From a virus (taxonomy: Duplodnaviria; Caudoviricetes), in IMG/VR virus record IMGVR_UViG_3300020043_002519, positions 1 through 33,697 of that record: a DNA stretch of 33,697 nt; one strand, given 5' to 3'. The notes under the pieces are model-generated. The model was given only the letters and a program-made list of their open reading frames with translations. It made no database searches and had not been told where the DNA came from. Positions 8,403 through 17,935 of the stretch are shown one piece after another; within the stretch, counting starts at the first letter, position 1; each line of letters opens with the position of its first letter. Position numbers and translations under genes: made by a program.

Positions 8403-10705
8403 CAGATGAACTAATCGTAAACAGTCAGTCGTTGGATATGTCGGAAGCGTTACCCGTTCCGATTTCGTTCGCTATTGCAGACGTTAAAGATCCATCGAAG
8501 CGTAAACAATCGTTTTCTAAGCAAGTAACGTTACCGGATACAATGGTAAACCGCGCTTTCTTTACCGGTTCTTTTAGTTTGACCGTAACCGAGAACGGTA
8601 TTTCCTTTGATGCTACCGAGAAAGCTACCGTAACACTAAAGAAAAGAGGTGTACAAGTACTTGACGGTGTGTTAAAGTTGGATAAAGTTACGGTACTAAA
8701 CCAAGAAATGAAGTTTTTATGTACCGTTCTAAGCGATAATGTAGACTTATTTCAGCTATTATCCACGATAATGGTCAATGAATTGGACTGGAGTGCATAC
8801 GATCATGTACTAAACCGTACAAATATTAAGGCTTCATGGGTTGCAACGGCAGGAACGGGCTATTATTACCCACTTATTGAGCGTGGAAACAACCGTTTAG
8901 GGGCTACAATTTGGCGAACAATTGATTTAATGCCGTACATTTACCTACGTGAAGCTCTAGAAAAGGCTTTAGATTGGGCTGGTATTGAGTGGGACAGCGC
9001 ATTTTTAGATACAACTCAGTTCAAAAATATCCTATTCGGTTACGGTGGGGGAGAAATCCGTACCATTTCAGCAACCGATCAGGCTAATAGAAAGATTGAG
9101 ATAGACAATGGGGACGTTGTGAACAGCTTAACAGCGTTCTGTAATACATCTTACTACCAACAAACGAATACAACCGTATCAAGAAACTTGAGTTATTCAT
9201 TTAATTCATTCAATCCGTTCTTAGATACATACTTTACGAATACGATTACAAGCGACTTCCTAGATCAATACGATAATGGCGAGATTTCAATACAGCAAAA
9301 CGGAAATTACAACCTAGCTTTCGGACTGAATATTGATTACTCGGTTAACGTTGGTACTATGACTTTCAATGCTATAACTTCGCCACGTTTAATAGTTCGA
9401 AGAAACGGTACACTAGTTCAAGAGGTTACTTGCAGCGTACAACCTTATACAACCGCTACGGGTACATTTGCACTTGACACGAATACAAACTTCAATCTGA
9501 ATCTAAATGCAGGCGACTTGCTTACATTCGAGTTGAAGATACAAGGTGTGGGAGTTACTGCGGGAATAGGTGTTGCGGCTCAAACGGTTTCGGTAGCGTT
9601 ATCGACTACGACACCAATAACAATAGACTTGACATCAATTGACACTACCATAACAGACGGCGCAACGGTTCGACTTCATAACTACATTCCTGCAATGAAA
9701 TGTAGCGACTTGCTACTAGGTGCATTACGTCAATTCAACTTGTACCAATCAGAACCGAGTTTAGATGACGTTACGAAGATAGAACCTGCGATAGATTTCT
9801 ATACTGGTACGGATGTGTTCAAAGATATTACTCAACAGATAGACCATAAGAAAGCGATTAACATACGACCTAGTGCAAACGAATATGCAAAGGTTATCAG
9901 TTATAAATTTAAAGATTCAAAAGATTACGATTTTGTACAGTACCTAGATAAGTGGAAAGAAAACTACGGAGACTTAGAATATACGCAAGGAAGTTACTAT
10001 GCTAAAGGCGAAAACAAAACGGAGTTGCCATGGTCGACAATCATTCCGTATCAAGTTGCTCCGGGTATTCTTGTACCTAGATTCGTTAAGATTGAAAATA
10101 ATGTAATGAAGCAAAACGCGGGTGCGCCTCGTATCATGTTCCGCAATGGACAAAAGACAGGTTCGTTTACTTTACGCGATACGGTTGGAACGGGTAGCGA
10201 ACAATTAACAACTTACCCTTGTGTACATCATTTTGACAATTGGAATAATCCTACAATGGACTTGAATTTTAAGTTGGTTAACGAATTGTTTTATACGGCA
10301 ACGATAGTAACAACGGTAAACTGTTTCTCAGAATACTATTCTGTATTCATTAACGAAATGACTAGTCCCGCAGGTCAATTAGTTAGCTGTTCTGTTACGT
10401 GGGACGAGCAAGAAATTAAAGCAAGGGATTTCGGTAAATTGATTATGATTAACGGGGGGTTGTTTAGATTAAATTCTATTAGTGAGTTTTCAGCAGACGT
10501 CGAAGCAAGTACCGAGATCGAACTAGTAAAAGTATTGAAGGCAAAGAAAGCAAGACGTAGACAAATTAATAGACCTGCATACGTACCACCAATATTAGGA
10601 GTTGGCGACTTAGCAAGCCCTCTTGGAGTTGGTGGCGATACGGGTGTAATATTGGGAGGTAATGGTATAGTAAGTACCGGAAATAGTAAAATAATAAGAG
10701 GATAG
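8399..10705 (+). CDS. Large tail tip/hub protein
   Basis: 768 aa; N-terminal ISFAIADVKDPSKRKQSFSK typical of Bacteroidota siphovirus tail proteins; position in module. Confidence 0.65.
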   Translation: MTDELIVNSQSLDMSEALPVPISFAIADVKDPSKRKQSFSKQVTLPDTMVNRAFFTGSFSLTVTENGISFDATEKATVTLKKRGVQVLDGVLKLDKVTVLNQEMKFLCTVLSDNVDLFQLLSTIMVNELDWSAYDHVLNRTNIKASWVATAGTGYYYPLIERGNNRLGATIWRTIDLMPYIYLREALEKALDWAGIEWDSAFLDTTQFKNILFGYGGGEIRTISATDQANRKIEIDNGDVVNSLTAFCNTSYYQQTNTTVSRNLSYSFNSFNPFLDTYFTNTITSDFLDQYDNGEISIQQNGNYNLAFGLNIDYSVNVGTMTFNAITSPRLIVRRNGTLVQEVTCSVQPYTTATGTFALDTNTNFNLNLNAGDLLTFELKIQGVGVTAGIGVAAQTVSVALSTTTPITIDLTSIDTTITDGATVRLHNYIPAMKCSDLLLGALRQFNLYQSEPSLDDVTKIEPAIDFYTGTDVFKDITQQIDHKKAINIRPSANEYAKVISYKFKDSKDYDFVQYLDKWKENYGDLEYTQGSYYAKGENKTELPWSTIIPYQVAPGILVPRFVKIENNVMKQNAGAPRIMFRNGQKTGSFTLRDTVGTGSEQLTTYPCVHHFDNWNNPTMDLNFKLVNELFYTATIVTTVNCFSEYYSVFINEMTSPAGQLVSCSVTWDEQEIKARDFGKLIMINGGLFRLNSISEFSADVEASTEIELVKVLKAKKARRRQINRPAYVPPILGVGDLASPLGVGGDTGVILGGNGIVSTGNSKIIRG

Positions 10706-10707
10706 AT

Positions 10708-11370
10708 ATGAGTTGCGACAAATACGCGAGAATGATTATTAAGCAAGGAACGGGCATAGCTACGATTCCTGCAAGTACAGACCATAGAAATGGGGATTGG
10801 ATAGCTACGGATATTTACGATGGGGAATTGTATTTAGACACAGCTACTGGTATAATCTATACATCGGTTAACGGTGTTATTCAGATTGCTGTTTACGGTA
10901 CATCGACAAACTTTGCAAATACGGATTTGACTTTCGATGCAAATAGAACGCATAATACAGATGGGTTTACAATGTTCTTATCAACTGATAACGGAGCGTT
11001 TACGGAAGCAAGTTTGGAGATGTCTACAACGAATGCGAATCTATTGTTCGGCACGGCAGGTTTACTTATAACATCATCAGGTAGCTTTATTAAAGGTGGG
11101 GTTCAATATACAATTGCGAATAAACTCGCAAACTATACAATACTAGCTTCTAACCATATTATAAACTGTCCCTTAGGTACATTCACAGTTACGTTACCCA
11201 AAGCCGTTAGTATATCCGGCAAAGAATACATAATCAAAAACAGCGGTTCGGGTGTAATTACTTTAGATGGTAATGGTACAGAAACAATTGATGGGGCTTT
11301 AACACAAACATTGAACCAATACGACTCAGTTAAAGTTGTTTCGGATGGTGCTAATTGGATAATCATTTAA
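10708..11370 (+). CDS. Tail fibre-like protein
   Basis: GELYLDT N-terminal motif; C-terminal TVTLP..IIKN..TIDG..SDGANW fibre domain. Confidence 0.65.
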   Translation: MSCDKYARMIIKQGTGIATIPASTDHRNGDWIATDIYDGELYLDTATGIIYTSVNGVIQIAVYGTSTNFANTDLTFDANRTHNTDGFTMFLSTDNGAFTEASLEMSTTNANLLFGTAGLLITSSGSFIKGGVQYTIANKLANYTILASNHIINCPLGTFTVTLPKAVSISGKEYIIKNSGSGVITLDGNGTETIDGALTQTLNQYDSVKVVSDGANWIII

Positions 11371-11380
11371 TAAATAAACT

Positions 11381-12544
11381 ATGAGTTACTTATTTAAGTC
11401 CCCAAAGGACGTACAATTTATTGGAGCAAAGTCCGATTTACCAACACCCGCAGCAGGTGTTATTACATTACTTGCAAATAAAACATACTTCTTTACGACA
11501 ACGGTTGACTTAACGGGAGATCGTTTGGTATGTGGTGCGAATACAACTATTATCGGTGGCTCTTCTGAGAATTGTAGAATTAAATCTACGGGCTTAACGG
11601 GTACGGCTTTGATAACTTCGGTATATTCTTTACCCATGCGAAACATAACTATCGAAGCGGATGTAGCTATTGCACTTGACGGAGATGGAACTACAACGGC
11701 ATTGGATTGGTTCGGTGTGAACTTTACAGATTGTGCAACGGTTGGAACGGTAAAGGATTATACTAACTTCATTATGGCAGATAGTGCCTTTCTTAATTCG
11801 GGTGGGCTAACGTTTGACGGTACTATTGGAACGGTAGGATTTTCTCAATGTCTATTCGATGTAAACGGAACGAACACCGCTTTTATACTACCGGCAACTT
11901 TAACAATTACTAGAAGATTCAGGGTTATCTATTCTTCATTCGTTGTAACAAGTGGGCAAACGGGAATCGATGCAAATGCTTCAGCTACTATACCAACAGA
12001 AGCATATATTTTAGATACGGTAAACTTCGCAGGTGGTGGTACATATCTAAGCGGTTTAACTCACACTTCGAATGATTCACTATTTATCAATTGTACTAAC
12101 ATAACGAACACAGCGGTTAACGGTCAATTATATATGCAAGGTAATGCAACAGCTACGACCATATCCAATACAACCGACTTCTATAAGGTAGCAGGAACTA
12201 CAACGGCAAGCGCGGATAATTCGAAATTCAGTCATTCAGATAACAGACTAACTTGTGACGCTGTGATTTCAAGAAAGTATTTGATAATGGCATCCTTAGC
12301 GGTTACTAGTGGAGCATCTCACTTATTGGAGTTTGGTTTCTATGACTCACAATTAGCAGCAATACGCACACCGTCAAGAACTAAGGTTACTGCAAACGCA
12401 GGCGGAAGAGCTGAGAGTGTTACATTTATGTGCGTTGTTACAATGAAGTCAGCGGATTACATAGAGATATGGTGTAGAAATACGACGTCTGCACAGACAA
12501 TCACAGTTGAACAAATGAATTTCACAATAACAGAAATTAAGTAA
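11381..12544 (+). CDS. Virion appendage/receptor-binding-like protein
   Basis: Thr/Gly-rich, beta-helix-like central region and a beta-sandwich-like C-terminus. Confidence 0.55.
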   Translation: MSYLFKSPKDVQFIGAKSDLPTPAAGVITLLANKTYFFTTTVDLTGDRLVCGANTTIIGGSSENCRIKSTGLTGTALITSVYSLPMRNITIEADVAIALDGDGTTTALDWFGVNFTDCATVGTVKDYTNFIMADSAFLNSGGLTFDGTIGTVGFSQCLFDVNGTNTAFILPATLTITRRFRVIYSSFVVTSGQTGIDANASATIPTEAYILDTVNFAGGGTYLSGLTHTSNDSLFINCTNITNTAVNGQLYMQGNATATTISNTTDFYKVAGTTTASADNSKFSHSDNRLTCDAVISRKYLIMASLAVTSGASHLLEFGFYDSQLAAIRTPSRTKVTANAGGRAESVTFMCVVTMKSADYIEIWCRNTTSAQTITVEQMNFTITEIK

Positions 12545-14796
12545 TGGCAGAAGAAATAATATTTAAAGTCGGAGTCAATACGGGTAACACCGCGAAGGAC
12601 TTAGATAGTATCGATAAAGAGTTAAAAAGCATTTCGAATACCTCCAAAGATATGGCGGGTATAGATAAACGTTTCGACGACCTTAACAAACGGGTTGCAA
12701 GCGGTACTATGACAATGCGAGAAAGTACCAAAGCAATTAAGGAATATCAAACGATAGCCTTGCAAGCGGGTGCAGAAAGTCCCGTAGGTCAACAAGCTAT
12801 TGCGAACGCTGCAAAGTTAACGGATGAACTAGGGGATTTAAAGACTCAGATAAACAACGCTGCAAACGATGGACGTAATATGCAAGCGGCTCTACAATTA
12901 GGTAGTGGAATAGCTGCGGGATATGGGGCGGTGCAGGGTACAATGGCACTAGTCGGAGTTGAGTCTGAGAACTTGCAAAAGACCTTCGTTAAATTACAAG
13001 CGGTACAATCAGTACTAGCAGGAATCGAACAGATCCGTGCTATACTTGAAAAGGAATCGTTCTTAATGCAGAAAGCTAAGATTGTAGCGACTAAAGCACA
13101 GACCGCTGTTGAAATAGTTTATGCCGCTGCGGTTGGTGGTACTACGGGAGCAATGAAAGCGTTAAGACTTGCGATGTTATCTTTACCTATCGTGGCTATA
13201 ATTGCGGGTATCGTAGCTTTGGTTGCTGCTATTGCATCGTTCGCTTCAGAAGAAGAGAAAGCAGAAGCGCAAAACGAAGCATTAACAAAGTCATATGAAC
13301 GTCAAAGCGATGCATTAAGTAGATCAACATCTGCTAGACAACGTGAACTTGACAATATGATTAAACTCAGAACGGCTCAAGGTGCAAGCGAAGAGGAACT
13401 ACACCAACTTGAACTTGACCGATTGAAAGAGTCTGAGATTGCGAGGGTTAAAGGGTGGGAGCTTGAGAGGCGGTTAATGGCTCAAAAGCAAACGCAATAC
13501 TACCAAGCATTAAGAGAAGGTAACGAAGAACTTGCAACTTCTATTCGTGGCGAGGTTTCGCAACACAGGTCAAAATACCAAGAGTTGAAATCTTTAGACG
13601 GTCAATATAAAAATGACAAACTAGTTTTGGAAGCTGAATTTAAAAACAAGGAAGCTGAAAAGGAAGAGGAGTCGAATAATAAAGCTATTGAAAAACGCAA
13701 AGCACGAGAGGAAGCTGAAAAAAAGAGGCTTGAAGATGAAGCAAAACTACGTGCTGAACGTGAGAAATTAATGAAAGACTATATGCTCGCATCGATTGAA
13801 GATGAAGAGTTACAAAAGTTAATGATTCTCCAGGAGTCGCACAAACGTGAAGAGGCTGAATTGATCGCAAAGTTTGGAAAAGATACCGAACTATTAAAGC
13901 AATTACAGACTAAGCAAGATACGGAGTTGAACGCTTTGAATGAAGAGTTGGGCGCGCAAAGAAAAGCGGCTCAAGATGAAAAGGACAAGAAAGCGGAAGC
14001 GGATAAACTAGCAAAGATACAAAGCGATAATCTAAGCGCACGTTCACGTATCGAAGGCGAGTTGATGAATATGCAATTAGAGTCTGATTTGAAACGTGAA
14101 TTGCAAGCGGAACTATGGAAGTTAGAAATGGAAGACGCATTATTAAACACCGATTTAACAGAAGGCGAAATATTCAAAATTAAAGCAGACTATGAATCAA
14201 AGTTATCACAGCTTAAAAAACAGAAAGCAGAAGAGGACAAACAAATCCAATTAGACACTATTAACGCATCGACTCAGATTGCAGCGCAGGGATTGAACTC
14301 AATTCAATCACTTTCAGACGCTATCTTTTCGGCTAAGATGTCAAAACTTGAAAAGGGTAGCGCAGCGGAACTAGCAGCAGCAAAGAAACAGTTTGAAATA
14401 AACAAAAAGTTACAGATTGCGAGTGCTGTTATTTCGGGGGTGCAAGGTGTTATTAATGCGTTAACGGCTCAGTCGGTTGTGCCGGAACCGTTTGGAACAA
14501 TTCTAAAGGCAGCTAACGCGGTGGCAATTGGAATCAGTACGGGTGCAAATATCGCAAAGATTAAGAATAGTAAGTTCGAAGGTGGTGGTAGTGTTTCAAG
14601 TAGTGGTGGATCAGTTAGTGCGCCTTCTATGCCTATGCCAAACGTTTCAGAACCTAGCTTAACAGCAACGGCAGGACTCGCAGGAAGTGGTACAACTGAT
14701 ACCAAGCCAAACAAGGTCTATGTATTGGATTCAGACATTACAGCACAACAAAACCAAAGCGCAAAAGTGCAAACATTAGCAACCTTTGGCGGTTAA
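12544..14796 (+). CDS. Tape measure protein
   Basis: 750 aa, Ala-rich helical, hydrophobic segment followed by a long E/K coiled coil and a Gly/Ser-rich tail. Confidence 0.85.
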   Translation: MAEEIIFKVGVNTGNTAKDLDSIDKELKSISNTSKDMAGIDKRFDDLNKRVASGTMTMRESTKAIKEYQTIALQAGAESPVGQQAIANAAKLTDELGDLKTQINNAANDGRNMQAALQLGSGIAAGYGAVQGTMALVGVESENLQKTFVKLQAVQSVLAGIEQIRAILEKESFLMQKAKIVATKAQTAVEIVYAAAVGGTTGAMKALRLAMLSLPIVAIIAGIVALVAAIASFASEEEKAEAQNEALTKSYERQSDALSRSTSARQRELDNMIKLRTAQGASEEELHQLELDRLKESEIARVKGWELERRLMAQKQTQYYQALREGNEELATSIRGEVSQHRSKYQELKSLDGQYKNDKLVLEAEFKNKEAEKEEESNNKAIEKRKAREEAEKKRLEDEAKLRAEREKLMKDYMLASIEDEELQKLMILQESHKREEAELIAKFGKDTELLKQLQTKQDTELNALNEELGAQRKAAQDEKDKKAEADKLAKIQSDNLSARSRIEGELMNMQLESDLKRELQAELWKLEMEDALLNTDLTEGEIFKIKADYESKLSQLKKQKAEEDKQIQLDTINASTQIAAQGLNSIQSLSDAIFSAKMSKLEKGSAAELAAAKKQFEINKKLQIASAVISGVQGVINALTAQSVVPEPFGTILKAANAVAIGISTGANIAKIKNSKFEGGGSVSSSGGSVSAPSMPMPNVSEPSLTATAGLAGSGTTDTKPNKVYVLDSDITAQQNQSAKVQTLATFGG

Positions 14797-14838
14797 AAAG
14801 TACATCGTTTTTTAAATTTTAACTTTAATAAATAGAGA

Positions 14839-15903
14839 ATGACAAAGTATTATAAAATAGTAGTAAACGAAGATGACGATACGGGTATTGATTTCAATGC
14901 CTTTGTCGATGTTCCCGCTCACTTAAAAGGATTCATAGCCTTTGGTAAGGAACAAATTAAGTATTCGTTTAATGATGAAAAGCGTATTGTTACGGGTGTA
15001 ATGATTTCAGCGGGTACACCTATTTATAGATTCAGTCAGGAACTAGGCGAGCATTACGTTTTCTTTGAACCGCAAACTATCGAACGCATTAGAAGAAAGT
15101 TCTTTAAAAATGGATTCATTCAGAATCTTAATAAAGACCACGATCCAAACCAAGTCACAAAGGATGCGTTTCTAGTGGATTCGTATATCGCTAGTAACTC
15201 AGATCCTAAACTACCGAACATTCCCGAAGTATTTAACGGTCAATCTTTACAAGACGGTACATGGATTGCAAGCTACCAAGTAACAAGCGACTCACTTTGG
15301 GAAGATGTTAAAAGCGGAAAATTCAACGGCTTCTCAGTTGAGGGACTATTTGAAAAACAAGAAGTAAAAATCAAAACAAATATAACAATGAAGAAACAAA
15401 GCAAAAGTATTTGGGACATCTTTAAAAAAGAAGTTTCAAGTACTGAAACATTCGCAAGTGCTACTACTGCGGAAGGTGTTGCTGTTACTTTCGAAGGTGA
15501 ATTGGTTGAAGGAACGCCCGTGTTTATCGAAACAGAAGGCGAACAAATGCCAGCACCGGAAGGAGAACACCAAATTACCTTAGAAGATGGTAGTGTAAAA
15601 GTTATTGTATTGGATGCACAAGGTTTAGTTGTATCTGTTGCAGACGTAGAAGTAAACGAAGATGAAACGGGAGTATCTAAGGAAGAGGTTGCAGATGCAA
15701 TGCGTTCTATGATGTCAGAAGTTAACGATCGTTTCACAGCTATCGAAGCAATTAACACAAACCTAGTAGCAGAAAATGCGCAATTGAAATCAGAAATCGA
15801 GTCTTTCAAAGCGTCTGGAAAGTTCGGTGCAAATCCAAAAAAGACAGACGAACCAAATACTAGAATGTCAATTGCTGACATGATTAAAAACGCAAAAAAA
15901 TAA
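14839..15903 (+). CDS. XkdF-like prohead protease fused to scaffold domain
   Basis: EKRIVTGVM, NKDH, GTWIASY, VKSGKFNGFSVEG; acidic C-terminal half with PAPEGEH; directly precedes the capsid gene. Confidence 0.8.
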   Translation: MTKYYKIVVNEDDDTGIDFNAFVDVPAHLKGFIAFGKEQIKYSFNDEKRIVTGVMISAGTPIYRFSQELGEHYVFFEPQTIERIRRKFFKNGFIQNLNKDHDPNQVTKDAFLVDSYIASNSDPKLPNIPEVFNGQSLQDGTWIASYQVTSDSLWEDVKSGKFNGFSVEGLFEKQEVKIKTNITMKKQSKSIWDIFKKEVSSTETFASATTAEGVAVTFEGELVEGTPVFIETEGEQMPAPEGEHQITLEDGSVKVIVLDAQGLVVSVADVEVNEDETGVSKEEVADAMRSMMSEVNDRFTAIEAINTNLVAENAQLKSEIESFKASGKFGANPKKTDEPNTRMSIADMIKNAKK

Positions 15904-15907
15904 TATT

Positions 15908-16894
15908 ATGCAAATCGGAAGATTGGGGAAATCCCTAAAAGAAAAATTTGACTACGATGTAACGGGGTTACCTGCGTGGACAGACAACACAATGCCAAAC
16001 GTTATCACAGACGTTATTGAAAATTCTAATTTCTTAGGTCGTTTGACTTTGGAAGAGAATGTAAAAGGAACAAAGGAAATCGCGTTATTGAATGCTGATG
16101 TAACTTTGAAAGCGAAAGTATCTTGTACTCCTTCGCCTGATGGTTCGGTTATCTTCACTGAAGAGAACTTAACAACAGTTCCTTTGTACATGGGTATCGA
16201 GTTCTGTAATGAGGACTTAAACACAAAGATGACTCAAGTATTGAACGTATTAGGATTGAAGCGTCAAGAAGGACAACTTCCTGCACCGCTTGAAGATATC
16301 CTTATGGCTTACCTTTTGAAGAACTTACAGCGTAAGGCTCAAAGATTGGTTATCTTAGGAGATACTGGTTCTGTTGATGCTGAATTAGCTTTGATGAATG
16401 GACTTCGTTACCGCATTAACAACAATACAGACGTTGTTGATTACATGAGTGCTGAGGCGTCAATTACAGCTTCAAATGCTTATGCTATCGCTTACGGTTT
16501 ATTCAAAACTATTCCTGCTGAATTGTTCGATAACGGATATACAGTTGAGATTTTCTGCGGTAGAGATAAAGCGTTATTGATTCTTGAAGATTGGAACAAT
16601 GCTAATCCTTACTCTCAAGTTGCTGTACCTACCGAGGTTGGTACTTCAATGGAGTTTGTTCTTCCTTTGACTAACATTAAAGTAGTAACTCTTCCTGAGT
16701 TGACTGGGACTAACGAAATGTGGGCTTTGCCTTTAGCGTTGGCTTTCTTAGGTGTTGATTCATTGGATGATATGTCATACGAAATTAAGTACGATTCTTA
16801 CAACGATAAATTGAAGGCTGAGGCTTCTTTCCGTTTAGGAACAAACATCGTATGGGGTCAGTATTTCACACGTTTACAGTTAGCTGTATCTTAA
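15908..16894 (+). CDS. Major capsid protein
   Basis: 328 aa after the protease/scaffold; strongly biased codon usage typical of highly expressed genes. Confidence 0.8.
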   Translation: MQIGRLGKSLKEKFDYDVTGLPAWTDNTMPNVITDVIENSNFLGRLTLEENVKGTKEIALLNADVTLKAKVSCTPSPDGSVIFTEENLTTVPLYMGIEFCNEDLNTKMTQVLNVLGLKRQEGQLPAPLEDILMAYLLKNLQRKAQRLVILGDTGSVDAELALMNGLRYRINNNTDVVDYMSAEASITASNAYAIAYGLFKTIPAELFDNGYTVEIFCGRDKALLILEDWNNANPYSQVAVPTEVGTSMEFVLPLTNIKVVTLPELTGTNEMWALPLALAFLGVDSLDDMSYEIKYDSYNDKLKAEASFRLGTNIVWGQYFTRLQLAVS

Positions 16895-16905
16895 TTCGAT
16901 AGGAC

Positions 16906-17421
16906 GTGAGCTGCGAAATCACAACTGGTTACAGTAAGGTATGCGACTCTCCGGGGGGAGTTGCTACCATTTACGCATGGGCAACTTCAAACGTAGATAC
17001 ATTGACTTATGCAGCGGGTGAAATCACTGCTTTGACTTTGGATGCGGGTAAGTATTGCTATGCGTTCAATGTAGAGATTGAAACGGCATCATTCAACGAT
17101 AAGAAAGTTGGTGAGCGTGCAAATTCTGCATACGGTAGAGAACAATCGGGAACGGCTGTTCTTCACGGTAACACTGCCTCAATGATCGTGAATATCGAAG
17201 AACTAGTAAAAGGACGTCATACGGTAGCGGTTAAGCTAAACGACGATACTTACGAGGTGTTCTTCCTAGAAAACGGCGCTGTTGTAACAGATGATCGTGC
17301 TACGGGAACTGCATACGAAGATATGAACGGAACGACACTTACATTTGCCGGTAAGGAAAAACAAAAAGCAATGAAGATCAGTTCAGCGATTATTCTTGCT
17401 ATGCTTTCTCCATTATCATAA
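16906..17421 (+). CDS. Major tail (tube) protein
   Basis: MSCEITTG..C..PGGV and ATGTAYEDMNGTTLTFAGKE motifs; GTG start; followed by a terminator. Confidence 0.7.
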   Translation: MSCEITTGYSKVCDSPGGVATIYAWATSNVDTLTYAAGEITALTLDAGKYCYAFNVEIETASFNDKKVGERANSAYGREQSGTAVLHGNTASMIVNIEELVKGRHTVAVKLNDDTYEVFFLENGAVVTDDRATGTAYEDMNGTTLTFAGKEKQKAMKISSAIILAMLSPLS

Positions 17422-17428
17422 TCTAACT

Positions 17429-17457
17429 GGGGGGCGGGAAACGTCCCCCTTTATTTA
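17429..17457 (+). terminator. Intrinsic terminator
   Basis: GGGGGGCG-GGAAA-CGTCCCCC followed by TTTATTT, after the capsid and tube genes. Confidence 0.75.
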
Positions 17458-17463
17458 AACCCT

Positions 17464-17631
17464 ATGGAATACCACTTTATAAAAGGATTCGGTATGATTC
17501 CGAATACACCTGAGAACAAAGAAATACTAATCAAATTAGGAAAGATTCCAAATGATACTATTAAACAAAAACCAATCGAACACGATAGCGTTAACATTGT
17601 CAGAGTTGGCAAATCCAAACGTAGCAAGTAA
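17464..17631 (+). CDS. 55-aa hypothetical protein (not in ORF track)
   Basis: MEYHFIKGFGMIPNTPENKEILIKLGK...; fills the gap after the terminator and overlaps the next gene. Confidence 0.45.
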   Translation: MEYHFIKGFGMIPNTPENKEILIKLGKIPNDTIKQKPIEHDSVNIVRVGKSKRSK

Positions 17632-17935
17632 TTGGTTATTTCGTTTCGTCTTAGAACAAGATAAGTCATATGAATATCTAAAGTTCCTTACAGATGAAAA
17701 CGCAAACTTTGAAAGATTCAACCTTTTTACTTTAGTAGAGTCTACGGATATTACATTCAAGTTCAAAGGCGATTATACATATTACGTTTATCAAATGCCC
17801 GATACAAATGATACGGTGTACGCACGAGGTATATTAGTGGAATTTGGAAAGATGCGACTGATTGACACGCCAGTAACAATGGCAACATTTACACCAACAA
17901 CAGATACACCAATTTATGATTCGTCAGCTATTTAG
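17552..17935 (+). CDS. Virion structural protein (head completion-like)
   Basis: Beta-rich 127-aa ORF overlapping the portal start. Confidence 0.5.
   Translation: MILLNKNQSNTIALTLSELANPNVASNWLFRFVLEQDKSYEYLKFLTDENANFERFNLFTLVESTDITFKFKGDYTYYVYQMPDTNDTVYARGILVEFGKMRLIDTPVTMATFTPTTDTPIYDSSAI

Noticed and set aside
6256-12544. Diversity-generating retroelement acting on fibre genes
   Set aside because: No reverse transcriptase, and no template/variable repeat pair with adenine-specific differences was noticed.
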